From assembly GCA_951406725.2 (NCBI GenBank), contig OX597833.1:4588001-4652000 (forward strand): a DNA stretch of 64,000 bases. Reading direction: 5' to 3'. The notes beneath the pieces are model-generated. The model was given only the letters and a program-made list of their open reading frames with translations. It ran no database searches and was not told the DNA's origin. The stretch comes from Octopus vulgaris (lineage: Eukaryota). Position 1 is the stretch's first letter. Every line of letters starts with the position of its first letter. A program made the position numbers and the translations under genes. Shown here piece by piece: positions 23,946 to 37,727 of the stretch.

Positions 23946-24959
23946 GCAAGTATAAGTAATTGGGTTGAAAAAGTTGATAGAGCTATCTTTGCTGGAAGCA
24001 AACAGCTTCTTTGTGCAAATGAAGGACAGATTGTACGATATCTGTGCACAAAGGACAATGGCGAGGTTCATGGTGGTAAAACTGAACAGGGAAGGCCAAG
24101 GCTGGAGAGAAATTGGTCAAGCAAGCTCTAATGCATCTGAAACAATAGTCTAAAATCAGTGCTTCCCAATTTATTTTCTTCCAGGCCTCTCTATAACTTT
24201 CCAGAACAATGCATACCCCACCAGAAGTTGTGAAAACTTGTGGGTGAGTATGTTTACTATGAAAAAAAGACTTTCACTTTTCCATGTCCCGCTAGAAAAA
24301 AGAAAAAATTCTGAATCCAAGGCCCCACATTGGAAATTGGTAGTGTAAATCAACAATGGAATGAAAACAATTTAAGAGAAAAATTAACGAGAGATAATTA
24401 GATCTGCTCATTATACAGTAATTAAGGCACAAGAACCTGGTATTTAGGTTTTGTGGATAACCACTTATGTACTCTCAGAGTAGAGAGTATTCCTTTGATT
24501 CTCAAAGGAATCAGAAAAACAATTAAACCAGTGTGGACATGTTGCATGCCTAGAGGATGACTGGGAGGGGTGGGTAAAGAAGTGCAATCTTTGTCATCAT
24601 CATCATCGTCGTCATTGTCATCATCTTCATCATCGTCATCGTCATCACGTTCTGTTCTCGAGCAAAACACTTTAATTCATGTTGCTCCAGTCCACTCAGC
24701 TGTAAAAGGATACAACCCGTGACGGAATAGTCTCTCGATCAGGGGGAATGCTGACCTGCTCACCCAGCCAGATGGGTGGCATCATCAGAAGGATAAAATG
24801 ATGCAAAGCGCATTGTGACCAGTGATGTGTAACAACATCCAATAGTCTGGTCAGTCACACGATCGCGTGATAAGCACACACACTCACACACAAATATACA
24901 ATCATTTTTTAGTGATACATCACACCCACACATAATCCTATATATAAATTGATACATAA

Positions 24960-25002
24960 TGCATATATATATATATATATATATATATAGAAAGGAAGAA
25001 AC

Positions 25003-25039
<37 letters not shown>

Positions 25040-25092
25040 TAGATAGATAAGATAGATAGATTGATAGATAGATAAATAGACAGACAGATGGA

Positions 25093-25124
<32 letters not shown>

Positions 25125-25173
25125 TAGATAGATAAGACAGATAAGCAAATAGATAGATCGACAGACAGATAAA

Positions 25174-25205
<32 letters not shown>

Positions 25206-25262
25206 TAGATAGATAGATAAGACAGATAAACAGATAGATAGATAAATAGACAGACAGATGGA

Positions 25263-25294
<32 letters not shown>

Positions 25295-25351
25295 TAGATA
25301 GATAGATAAGACAGATAAACAGATAGATAGATAAATAGACAGACAGATGGA

Positions 25352-25383
<32 letters not shown>

Positions 25384-25508
25384 TAGATAGATAAGACAGA
25401 TAAGCAAATAGATAGATCGACAGACAGATAAATAGATAGATAGACTGACAGACAGATAAATAAAAAGATAGACAGACGGATAGATTGATAGATAGATAGA
25501 CAGATAAA
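24960..25508. repeat. (TA)n plus (GATA/GACA)n compound microsatellite
   Basis: Directly visible. Confidence 0.95.
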
Positions 25509-25546
25509 TTTATTTTTGATGTACAAAAAACACCATAAATAAATCA

Positions 25547-26243
25547 TCATCATCATCATTTAGCGTCCGTTTTCCATGCTAGCATGGGTTGGACGGTTCT
25601 GCTGGGGTCTGTGAAGCCAGAAGGCTTCATCAGGCCCAGTCAAATCTGGCAGTGTTTCTACGGCTGGATGCCCTTCCTAACGCCAACCACTCCGTGAGTG
25701 TAGTGGGTGCTTTTTACGTGCCACCCGCACTGGTGCCAGCCAGAGCTGGCAAACGGCCACGAACGGATGGTGTTTTTTATGTGCCACCGGCACGAGGGCC
25801 AGGCGAGGCTGGCAACGAACACGAAATGGGGCGGTGCTGGCAACGGTCGCGAAACGGAAGGTTCTCTTACATGCCACCGGCACTGGTAACACATCTGCAA
25901 TTTCCATTGATCGATTTCCATTGATCGATTTCGATTCTGATCCTCACTTGCCTCAATGGGTCTTCACAAGCAGAGTTTCGACATGCCACCGGCACTGGTA
26001 GCACATCCGCAATTTCCATTGATCGATTTCGATTCTGATCCTCACTTGCCTCAACACGTCTTCACAAGTAGAGTTTTGTGTCCCAAGAAGGGAAGGTATG
26101 CATACGTAGGCTGGCTCCATCCCATGTAGAAGGCCACGGGTTGTGGACTCACTTGTCCTGCCGGGTCTTCTCGCGCACAGCACACTTCCAGAGGTCTCGG
26201 TCTCTAGTCATTTCCTCGGTGAGACCTAAAGTTCGAAGGTCAT
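25547..26243 (-). mobile_element. RTE LINE 3' end: ORF2 C-terminus, 3'UTR and (GAT)n tail
   Basis: DLRTLGLTEEMTRDRDLWKCAVREKTRQDK*, then a UTR with minisatellite units and an internal ~110-bp duplication. Confidence 0.88.
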
Positions 26244-27692
26244 ATAAAATATATTAAGAAACAATTATTATTATTATTATTATTGTCATTATTGTTGATT
26301 GCTGTTGTTGTTGTTGTTGTTAGCACCATCATCATCATCGTGTATAGGATTTCCTTGGCAAAACAACAAATCTGTGTCAATGAAATGAAGCTAAAATTTA
26401 GGCTGGATTAATTTCACACGACTTACTTATCTTACCTTGGATTAAGTAGAAATCCAAAATCTATGCAATTAGATATTAATGTAATTAAACATTGATTGAT
26501 TCATATTGCTCGTTATGTTCTATGCTGTATCTATTGGTAATTAACTAAGTAGTAAAGTTGGTATTTCATCTTCACTGGAAACATTTCTTCCTCTCTATTG
26601 TGTTGTTGATAACAAAGAGTGTCCTGTTTCTACTACTGCTGCTGCTGCTACTACTACTGCTACTGTTGTTGTAGTTCTAATTGTTGTTGTTTAGGCCAAA
26701 GTCAGCTTTTCATAAAGCAGACTTATAACAAAATCTATTTTTAGTCGGCCCCCTTTCGACCCCCGCTTTCAACCACCTTTGGACCCCCTTTCAACTCCCT
26801 TTCCAAACTTTTCCTGCGACTTGAAGATTATACCCTGACACATCTTCCCTGTCTTCTCTCCTTTTCCGACCAGAGTAGCCATGCGCCTCCTTTATTGCTG
26901 TTCTTGTTCCCTTATCATACATATTATAACCCCTCATCACCTGGCACAAAGCCCCCTCCCTCAATATCACTCTTCCACCCCCACTCAGCTGAGTCATCTT
27001 TTCTGGTGAATTATCCAGAGACCTCACTGGTGCTGGTGCAACATAGAAAACACCCTGTCCCCTCAGCAAAGTGGATGGTGTTGGGAATGGCATCCAATTG
27101 CAGAAACCATGACAAAGTAGGCATTGGAGCGAGCTTGGCAAAGTCCTCTTGTTTTTCAATTCCTGTCAAACATCCAACCCATACCAAATTGAAAAACGGA
27201 TGTTAAACAATGATGATTATGATGATGATGATGATGATGATGACGATGACAACGACAGGGTTAGCAACAGGAAGACTATCCACCCATAAAAACACTGCGC
27301 TAGATAACCTGTCTAACCCATGCTGGCATAAAAAAAAATAGATGTAAAATGCTACAGCTGGTGAATAAATGTCTTTGCAATTTCAGAAACAGAATTATTT
27401 GTCCTTCAAAAAATCAGTGTTTAATGAAGAATATAGTGTATCAATGTAAGGTCAATGTACAGGGGATTGTACATATTACACAGGTTCTTCTGCTACAATT
27501 TGTGAATCTTGACTACATAATCATTCTTTTTCTTTTAGGTTTAGAAGAAAATGTACTTCTATGAATCTCAGTAAATACATTTGGGATTTAAAAGACAGAG
27601 AACGTTAATTATGATATAAAGAAGACTGTTATTAATTGTGCACCATTGTACAATACTGGTAATTTTAAATGTGACTTTTGCCTTGAGGAAGT

Positions 27693-28030
27693 CATCATCA
27701 TCATCATCATTGTTTAATGTCCATTTTCCATGCTGGCATGGGTTGGATGGTTTGATTTGGAGAGCCAGTGGCTCCACCAGGCTCCAGTCTAATCTGGCAA
27801 TGTTTCTACAGCTGGAAGCCCTTCCTAATGTCAACCACTCCGAGTGTGTAGCAGGTGCTTTTTACATGCCACTGGCACAGGAGCCAGTCAAGTGTGCCTG
27901 ATATCGATCACTTTCGGATAGTACTTTTTATGTGCCACCAGCACAGGGGCCAATCAGGGGGTACTGGTATTGGCCTCATTCAGTTGGTGGTTTCTACATG
28001 CCACCGGCATGAGAGCCAGTCAAGGGATAC
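27693..28030 (-). mobile_element. RTE 3'UTR fragment
   Basis: Same tail and units, diverged. Confidence 0.7.
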
Positions 28031-29419
28031 CTGCATAATATAATTAATTCTAAATTAGTAATATTAAATTGTAGAAATAATTTTATGTCAAAATGTTCTC
28101 ATAAATACAGAAAAGTGTTTAAATATTTAAATAGTAAATAAGTCATCAACTCTAATTGTTTCTCTTATAATCTAATATGCATAATTTTGCTAAAATAAAT
28201 TTTTAGCATATCTAATAGAGAGATAACTAATTGCCATGACAGAATTTCTGAGCTTCTAATTACTCTGTCATGTAGAATTTCTATGTTTATTTTTATTGTT
28301 TCATTATCTACTGACGTCATTAAAAGTTAAATACTAAACTGGCTTTTATTGAAATATATTTCTTCATGACCTTCTTTTTATATGCATTTGTCTATTTGGG
28401 ATATTAAATGTGAGTGTGTGTGTGTGTATGTGCATGCATGTAAAGGCACATGGCTTAGTGGTTAGTGTGTGCTTTAATCCTTAATGCCGGATTGTTATAA
28501 CACCCACTTTGGTATAGCAGTATAGTTAAACCAGTAAAGACAAGACTATCTATGACGTTCTACTTCATACTCCCACTCTCTATACTGACTGATGTCACCT
28601 TATTTATAGCGACTAGCACATACCACTCATCATGTGGAAGGAGTATATCATTATTACTATTATCCCCACAACAATGTGTTGCCTTCATGATCCTAAGATT
28701 GAGGTTTCGATTCCTGTATCTGGCAATATGTTGTGTTCTTGAGAGAAACACTTCTTTTCACGTTGCTCCAGTTCACTCAGCTGGCAAAAGGGAGTTAATC
28801 CTGCGATGGACTGGTGCCCTGTCCAGTGGGTGGAATATATGTGACACAGAATCTGGGAAACTGGCATTATGAGCCTATGGCTTGGGAAGAACCTTTGATC
28901 CTTTATATATATATATATATATAAAATAAAAGATGAAGACAGGTGGTGTAAACAACAAACAGAGGTATTAGTATAACGCTTGGGAAGTGAAAAAGTCTTT
29001 AATGTTTCGAGCCTAAGCTCTTACACAGGAAGGAACAAAGAGAGAAAATAAAGAATGTGTAGTGGCTAGCGATCTATCATGGCGACTGCCAGACAGAAGG
29101 GTTACACGGGAGAGCTAGAGAGAAGGGGATACAGATTGATACCTACCTATATATATATATATATTTATACTTATATATATATATACGTTATATGTATACA
29201 CACACACACATATATGTATAAATATATTTGTGTGTGTATGAAAGGCTTTCCGTAATCACAGTTTCCATCTGCCAAATTCATTCAAAAGGCTGGCCTAGGT
29301 CCATAGAAGGGGACACTTGTTCAAGGTACTGTACAGTGGGGCTCAACTTCAAACCTTAAACCCTTTGCAAACTTGTGCTTTAACTAGATGGCTCTATCTG
29401 CACCAATCTCTAATCTTTT

Positions 29420-29830
29420 TCTTGTTTCAATCATTAGACTGTGGCCATGCTGGGGCACCACCTTAAAGAATTTTGGTCAAATTAATTGACCCCAATAATT
29501 TAATTCTTCTAAGCCTGGTACTTGCTCTATCTGTCTTTTGCCAAACCGTTAAGTTATGGGGATGTAAACACACCGACACTGGTTGTCAAGCAGTGACTGG
29601 TGGGACACACACACACACACATGTACATGCACACACACACACATACACAGGCACACATACACACACACACAAAGGGCTTCTTTCAGTTTCCATCTACCAA
29701 ATCCACTCACAAGGCTTTGGTCAGCCCAAGGATTTGGTAAAAGACACTTGCCCAAGGTGCCACGCAGAGGGACTGAACCCAGAACCATGTGGTTGGGAAG
29801 CAACCGTTTTAGCATGCAGCCACTCTTGTG
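29420..29830 (-). mobile_element. SINE family A, diverged
   Basis: Reverse head, body and tail motifs. Confidence 0.75.
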
Positions 29831-30576
29831 CTTGTTTCTATAAAAAAAAATCAGAGCTCACCACCCCCACAGCCTCCTCCCCACTCCCCGACTATTTGCA
29901 TATTCATGAAACAATAATCAACTGATCTCTTGTAATTACAATATTCTTCCCCTGACGAATTCTCTCCTCCTTCAATCCCAATCTACACAATGAATCGAAT
30001 CGAACGAATCCATTGTCTTCCACCAAAGTTAAAGTTACATAAAAGATGTCCTCCAGGGAAGGACATCTCCGAGGAAACAGCTTCCTTCTACAATACGGCG
30101 CCAACATCGAAGACCAACCCCACAACCACCAACCGTCCAAATGGCTGCTAACGTCTATCTTCGTGGCTTAAACAGGCCTTTTATTACAACAATAACTGTT
30201 CAGATATCCGCTTAACACTTACTCATGTCTGTTCAATTGAGTCTCAATTTCCTTCAGTTTTTCTTGTTTTTTGTTATTTTACAATAACATCGATGTTGTT
30301 GTTGTTGTTGTAATTGATAGGTCAAGCTAATGAAAGATAATGAAAAAGTAATATACTTGTCACAGCAGGTCATTTAAGGTACATTATAGGCTGGACGACT
30401 GCGCTTTTTCTGTTGCCATGGCGTTGACTAATGTTTTGTTGTTGTTGTTGTTGTTAATGGTGGTGGTGTTGTTGGTGAGGGTGTTCTGTATTATCTCGAT
30501 GTTTAAAACAACTCAAGCATTCGCTATTGTTAAGATTGTAGGATGAGGTTCCACGAAAATCTATATTATTCGCAAA

Positions 30577-31179
30577 GGGCGGCGAGCTGGCAGAATCGTT
30601 AGCACGCCGGGCGAAATTCTCAGCAGTATTTTTTTGTCTGCTGCTACGTTCTGAGTTCAAATTCCGCCGAGGTCGACTTTGCCTTTCATCCTTTCAGGGT
30701 CGATTAAATAAGTACCAGTTACGCACTGGGGTCGATGTAATCGACTTAATCCGTTTGTCTGTCCTTGTTTGTCCTCTCTGTGTTTAGCCCCTTGTGGGTA
30801 GTAAAGAAATACGTATTTCGTCTGCCGCTACGTTCTGAGTTCAAATTCCGCCGAGGTCGACTTTGCCTTTCATCCTTTCAGGGTCGATTAAATAAGTACC
30901 AGTTACGCACTGGGGTCGATATAATCGACTTAATCCCTTTGTCTGTCCTTGTTTGTCCCCTCTATGTTTAGCCCCTTGTGGGTAACAAAGAAATAGGTAT
31001 TTTGTCTGCCACTACATTCTGAGTTCAAATTCCGTCGGGGTCAACTTTGCATTTCATCCTTTCGGGGTCGAGTAAATAAGTACCAGTTACGCACTGGGGT
31101 CGATGTAATCGACTTAATCCGTTTGTCTCTCCTTGTTTGTCCCCTCTGTGTTTAGCCCCTTGTGGGTAGTAAAGAAATA
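30577..31179 (+). mobile_element. SINE family B head-to-tail trimer
   Basis: One head (ggcggcgagctggcagaa) followed by three ~185-bp bodies. Confidence 0.88.
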
Positions 31180-31224
31180 TATATTATTCACATCTCCTAA
31201 ACATGTGTGTGTGTCTGTGTGTAT

Positions 31225-31590
31225 ATAGGGATGGGCAAAGTAGATCATAGAATTCTTATCCTAGAAAAAGAAATAGAGAATCAAAAAGAACAGTCCAATC
31301 ATATTAAGCTCCTGTATACATATATCTGCCCACCCCTGTATACAGATGTGTACATATGTTTGTATGTATCTACAACTGGGTGTTGAAAAGTTCCTGGGTG
31401 TAAGGGTTTTACGAAAGGCCTAATTGGAAGCCCAACCTTTTGAGCTCTTTTACAGGGGTTAGAAAAACTGAAGGGCCACTGCAATGAGTGTGTGAATTTG
31501 AGAGGGGAACATATTGAATGAAATCATAATTAATTGATCCTCCTGTATCTTCTTTTACCGAAAGCCAGGAACTTTTCAGCAAACACTCAT
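31225..31590. mobile_element. Two adjacent Tc1/mariner-type MITEs
   Basis: tagggatgggca...tgcccacccctgTA (31225-31340), and a pair of gaaaagttcctgg inverted termini enclosing the mariner C-terminus CNECVNLRGEHIE* (31373-31590). Confidence 0.6.
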
Positions 31591-32920
31591 GTGTGTGTGT
31601 ATGTGGTTGATTCTCAGCCATGTGGTCTTGGGTTCAGTCCCACTGCATGGCACCTCGTGCAAACATTTTCTACTCTAGCCTTAGGCCAACCAAAGACTTG
31701 TGAGTGGATTTTGTTGACAGAAGCTGGAAGCCCAATGTATATACATGTGTGTGTGTGTGTGTGAGTGTGTGCATGCGTATGCATATGTATTACTGTTTCC
31801 TTACTTTGGCCTTATGTGATAGTTGTGAGTGACACTGTCCTTTGATTCCAGTCTTCCAAGACATGGTTTCCTTCTATGGAAATAGTTGAGGGTTGGTGAC
31901 AGGAAGGGCATCAAGCTGTGGAAAAATCTGCCTCGACAAAATCCATCTTATTTCTTTACTACCCACAAGGGGCTACACACAGAAGGGACAAACAAGGACA
32001 GACAAACGGATGACATTATAAATGCTCTGGGATGTGGCTCCAAGACAGATGGCATTTATCATGCTTTCGGTAGGGTCAACCACAGCATTCCTCCTCCTCT
32101 TCTTTAGCACCTGTTGTCCATGCTGGCACAGGTAAAACAGTTTCATAGGAACTAGCAAGCCTGAGAGCTGCACCAAGCCCCAATTCTCTGTTTTGGTATG
32201 GTTTCTATGGCTCCACGTTCTTCCTTGGCCAACCACTCTACAGAGTGTACTGGGTGCTGTTTCCTTTGCTCCAGCACAGGTGCTTTCTATGTGGCACTGA
32301 CCTCAAGTCCTTTTTATATGACACCAACTCAGGGGCTTTGTACATGACACAAAACACCTGTGCTTTTATGTGGAACACAGGTGCTTTTTACGTGAAACTA
32401 ACACATGTGTTTTTCACCTGACCATTCAATAAAATAACAAGGACATTTGTGGTCACTTACCTGGTCACTTCCAATAGCTAATGCAAACAGCCCAAGCATT
32501 AAAAAAAACCATTCAACATTAGTAAATTGCTGCGTGTTTTCCAAGAACCAATACCCAACATGTTGTGATTGATGGGATAATTGGCTACATGTGATTATCT
32601 CCTTTTTTCATTCAGTGTCATTTGCAGCTGACGCTAAGTGTTTGTTTACTTTCCTTTTGAAATAAAAAAACTTTCGCTAAATCAAGAAATGTTCATGAAT
32701 GGTGATCAGCAAGCATTTCTTTGTCCTTATTTTCTAAATTTATGTCATTGACCCAGGAAGAAGTTTTCTCTCATACATCATGTTTGTTTTGCATGTGTGT
32801 GTGTGTGTGTATTTACATTTCTAATGTAATTTTAGAAGCATAGAGAAATATTAAAATAACCCACTTTTACATTGAATGTACCAAAGTAATTGCAACTATA
32901 AAATGTTTGCGTGTGTATAC

Positions 32921-32955
<35 letters not shown>

Positions 32956-32960
<5 letters not shown>

Positions 32961-33140
32961 TATATAGAAGGAGTTTACAGGACTAGTACTGTTTCATTCA
33001 AGAGAAATCTTTGAAGATTTCTCTTGAATGAAACAGTACTAGTCCTGTAGAAGCTCCTTCTATATAATAAATTAATTTTACTCTGCTATGTATTGAGTAC
33101 CTTACTTACTGTGGTTAACCCCGTATCAACCCGGGAACTA
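32956..33140. mobile_element. Fold-back element, probably Penelope-derived, within (TA)n
   Basis: ~56-bp inverted arms (32956-33071) with a TGAAGA...GAAACAGTAC hammerhead-like remnant at the apex. Confidence 0.5.
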
Positions 33141-33141
33141 C

Positions 33142-33185
<44 letters not shown>

Positions 33186-33464
33186 CAACGTTTGCATTCA
33201 ATTAATGTAATTAACAAATTATAAAAGATGCTTATCTTCTCACACAGACAAACAGACAAACAAATAGACAGACAGACAGACAGATGGATGTAGATGTGGG
33301 TATGGATACAGACAGATATATCGATGAAGATGTCTCAACAAATTCCATCTGATCCATGCAAACCTGGAAAACTAGATGTTAAATGATGATGATGGTAATG
33401 ATAATATGTATAACTACAGCGATGTATATATATAGACATATATAAATGTGTGTGTGTGTGTATA

Positions 33465-34005
33465 CAGGGTGCGTAAGATATTTGAGGACAGATTTATGCT
33501 TATAAAAAAATACAGATATATAATAAAAGATGATAAATTTATTTATCAAAAAATGCTGTGAGGATAAAAATAAACCTTCTTTTCTAAAATGTTATTCAAT
33601 AAAGCCACCTTCAACTCCAACAACTGCTTCTAAATGAGATCTAAATCATCTTCATGCTCAGATCAAGTGGTCCTGGTGCATTTTGGACATTACTCTGACT
33701 ATGGAAGCTTTGAAAGAATCTTTGGTGTTATGGGTGTGTTCATTGGCCCCTCTCTCAACAATGCTCCACATGTAATAGTCCAATGGATTGAGATCTGGGG
33801 AATTGGGAGGCCAAATGTTAGGGGATATGTGATGATGAAAATTTTCAGCCATCCATTCCTGTATTACTAGAGCCATGTGTGATAGTGCAGAGTCTTACTG
33901 AAACACATATGGCCTTCCATTGCATAACAATTGTTTTCAGGACCTCAATGTAAGTGGCAGATTTAACTCTAAGGCCCTTTGGAAAGAAGTAAGGAGGTAT
34001 CACAT
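33465..34005 (-). mobile_element. Tc1/mariner (DD37D/maT-like) transposase C-terminal relic with TIR
   Basis: WPPNSPDLNPLDYYMWSIVE...EAVVGVEGGFIE* with internal stops. TA-CAGGGTG terminus at 33465. Confidence 0.85.
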
Positions 34006-34135
34006 GTCCTTCTTTTAGTAATTGTAGGTATTAAGTTGATAATATTTAATATTATATACCTCTATCATAGATAACGTCATTCAATGTTGATTGAGTTGCT
34101 TGAAGGTGGTTCTGTCTCTTAAACTAATCTATATA

Positions 34136-34452
34136 TCATCATCGTTTAACGTCCGTTTTCCGTGCTAGCACGGGTTGGACGGTTTGACCAGGGTCTGGGA
34201 AGCCAGGGGCTGCACCAGGCTCCAGTCTGATCTGGCAGTGTTTCTACAGCTGGATGCCCTTCCTAACGCCAACCACTCCGCGAATGTAGTGGGTGCTTAT
34301 TACGTGCCAGGGGAGTCTGGCATCGGCCACGATCGGTTGGTGCTTTTAATGTGCCACTGGCACGGAAGCCAGTCAAGGCGGCGCTGACATCGGCCACGTT
34401 CGGATGGTGCTTTTTATGTGCCACCGGCACAGAAGCCAGTCGAGGCGGCGCT

Positions 34453-34457
<5 letters not shown>
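34136..34457 (-). mobile_element. RTE 3'UTR fragment
   Basis: Same tail and units. Confidence 0.78.
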
Positions 34458-34491
<34 letters not shown>

Positions 34492-35009
34492 GCAGTGGGA
34501 AATTCGTTATTGTACCACTGAATTGAATTTCTCTCCCCTGTGGACTCGGAAATAAATTCCCGAATATTAATCATTATATACATACATACATACATACATA
34601 TAATATATAATACACATGTTTTAATGAAAGCAAGTGGTATAATTTAATATTTTCTAATTAATTAATTTTTTGTGGTACACACACACCAACATGAACTGAC
34701 CTACAAACACTTTTTAATGAAAACATATGCTATGATTTTACAGTTTTCATCTATTTTATCTATTCATTATGTTATGAGTTCTTGACAGTGTTTTTAATAC
34801 TGTAAATTCTTTAGCTGGATGAACATTTCTAGAGTTTCACTGTCTCATCTACTGCATGAAGTAGTTGTTGGAGTGTGTTTTCCTGATTTTCTTGCACACT
34901 GGGGCAATATAACCAGTACTTCGTTAATAATGATGTTATTACGTAATTAAGGCTTTGGTGATGTTGGAATATTTGGAATTGTTCTGTAGCAGGAGCATTT
35001 AGTATGTAA

Positions 35010-35380
35010 GGCTGAAGACGCTCGACCTTTATTCTCTAGAAAAACGCTGCTGCTGTGGTGATCTCATTCTCACTCACAACATCATAAGCGGAAAGTGTAA
35101 CCTCTCGAAAGAGCTGTTCTTCACTCCTGCTCCAGAGCGTCGGCTGTGGGGTCATTCCGAAAAGCTCCACCTGCGACGATTTCATCTCAATCGAAGGAGA
35201 GGAGCTTTCTCCATCCGGGTTGCGGATCTGTGGAACAAGCTGCCGGACGAGATGGTGAAGATGCCGACGACCGCTTTGTTCAAAGTCTCCCTTGACCTCA
35301 AGTGACCTGAACTCCATGTCCCCCTACATGGCCTTGCTTTTTGCTTTTAAGCCAAAAAATTAACTAACTAACTAACTACT
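35010..35380 (+). mobile_element. CR1-group LINE 3' end
   Basis: LTHNIISGKCNLSKELFF...FSIRVADLWNKLPDEMV...FKVSLD and a (TAAC)n tail. Confidence 0.8.
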
Positions 35381-35711
35381 GTATCTGATGAAAAACAACA
35401 ACTCAAGGATATGATTGTGATTTGCTAGAATATGAGCAGCATCATGAAAGAAATCTGACCATTGGGGACTGCATGTGGGACCAGATCTGAGCAAGACCAC
35501 CACTAGGTACTCAGCACATTTTAGCCACTACTGACAGACGGTGGACAGCAGGCATCAGACTGGACACAGGAGGTGATGGCAGTCAGCAGACCGTAGCAGA
35601 AGCTGCAGCTGGCCAGAGTGCTGTCCATAATACAAAACAATGGACAGAAACAACAGCAACACACAATGGTCAGCTAATGGTCAAGAAACTCACAACGGGG
35701 ACTACTTTGAT

Positions 35712-36172
35712 ACCTATTTCTTTGCTACCCACAAGGGGCTAAACACAGAGGGGACAAACAAGGACAAACAAACGGATTAAGCTGATTATATAAAAGGCGG
35801 CGAGCTGGCAGAAACGTTAGCATGCCGGGCGAAATGCTTAGCAGTATTTCGTCTGTCGTTACGTTCTGAGTTCAAATTCCGCCAAAGTCGACTTTGCCTT
35901 TCATCCTTTCGGGGTCGATAAGTTAAGTACCATTTACACACTGGGGTCGATGTAATTGACTTAATCCCTTTGTCTGTCCTTGTTTGTCCCCTCTATGTTT
36001 AGCCCCTTGTGGGCAATAAAGAAATATAAGCTGATTATATTGACCCCAGTGCGTAACTGGTACTTAATTTATTGACCCCGAAAGGATGAAAGGCAAAGTC
36101 GACCTTGGTGGAATTTGAACTCAGTACCACAAAGCATTTGCCCAGCGTGATAACGTTTCTGCCAGCTCACCT
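35712..36172. mobile_element. SINE B (plus, ~35795-36026) inserted in an oppositely oriented SINE B
   Basis: 14-bp duplication taagctgattatat flanks the inner copy. Confidence 0.8.
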
Positions 36173-37082
36173 TGTTCAAGAACAATAAGCTTTGAACTCT
36201 CTCTGTTTGTTTGTTGTTTGTTGTCATGACAACAGTTTTTTTTTTTGTTTACAATGAAAATATCTCTTATCAAAAATCTCAAATAGATTTTAGTATTCTT
36301 TATTGTAACATTTCCATTCTAATTGGTCACATGACAAGATGTCGAACTGACATATTTTGTGTCTGTGTATAGGATGTACTACCACCATTGAGGTCTCTTT
36401 GAATATCACCATGGCTGGAACTGATGTAAGGAGATACCTCTGTCCAACCTGTATCACCACCTACAAGGACAAATCATTTTTGTTCACAAAACTAACTGAC
36501 TTTGACGTATTTCTTCTGCCAATTGTAGAGAGGTTATATGCCCTTGGCCATTTGAATCTGATGAGTTGCCCAATTGTTAGCGCTTTATAGGTATGAAACC
36601 TATGGTCACCTTCTGACTGACCATAACAATCAACCCCATATATATATATGATCCCCGGTCGAACCGTCTAACCCATGCTAGCATGGAGAACGGACGTTAA
36701 ACGATGATGATGATATATATATATATATATACGACGGGCTTTTTTCATTTCCGCCTACCAAATCCACTCAGACGGATTTGGTCGGCCTGAGGCTTTAGTA
36801 GAAGACACTTGCCCAAGACACAGCCACTCCTACGCCTATATATATATATATATATGAGCTACAAATAGTTTCTTACTTTAGAGACATCAGTGTCTTGATT
36901 TTCAAACAGAATAATAGACCTTGTGCTCAGAGCCTGAGGAATGCCTGGAGACACAAGGCATGTTATAAAAACCTACCTAGACACATGTCTCCAGAAGAAA
37001 GAAACCATTAGCAGCTCATATCTTAACTCTGCATACATTAAATGATATATTCATACATATATATCACACATATATATATATT

Positions 37083-37442
37083 AATGCATTCGTGCTTTGG
37101 TGTTGGAGAAGACTTTTACGGATTCCATGGACAGCGGGGCTCACCAATGGAGAAGTTCTTAAGCAGATCAGGCCGAAAATGTCGCTAGAAGCTAGGATCA
37201 CCAAGCATAGATTGGCATATTTCGGTCATATTATGCGGAAAAAATCTCTGGAGAAGGACATCATGCTCGGAATGGTCAGTGGCAAGAGAGGAAGAGGCCG
37301 ACCAAGAACCCGCTGGCTTGACACCATCAAGAATGATACCGGAATGGACATAGCCAATCTGAAAGAAGCGACCAATGATAGAACTGACTGGAGGACACTG
37401 ATCCATCGAGTAACAGAGAGTCAACTTTGACTGAGCGGATAG
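37083..37442 (+). mobile_element. RTE-BovB LINE 3' end
   Basis: LWCWRRLLRIPWTA...LAYFGHIMR..SLEKDIMLG..GKRGRGRPRTRWLD..DRTDWR. Confidence 0.92.
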
Positions 37443-37540
37443 ATATATATATATGTATAAAACTGCTCTCCTCTATGTCCATAAAGTCTAAATATATTTA
37501 AAATTCATGTTATATGCTTGATAATAACAGACAAACTACC

Positions 37541-37727
37541 TACATTGTGTCACGCAGTTAAACATTGTGACATGCAGTTAAACATTGTGACACGCAGTTA
37601 AACATTGTGACACGCAGTTAAACATTATGACACGCAGTTAAACATTGTGACACGCAGTTAAACATTGTGACACGCAGTTAAACATTATGACACGCAGTTA
37701 AACATTGTGACACGCAGTTAAACATTC
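37541..37727. repeat. 20-bp minisatellite, ~9 copies
   Basis: Unit aacattgtgacacgcagtta. Confidence 0.95.

Noticed and set aside
29900-30200. Unique-looking segment with short ORFs on both strands
   Set aside because: No recognisable protein similarity or splice signals; left unassigned.
36553-36615. CTGATGAG...GAAACCTATGGTC hammerhead-like motif
   Set aside because: Stem III and GTC are present but stems I and II cannot be formed convincingly.
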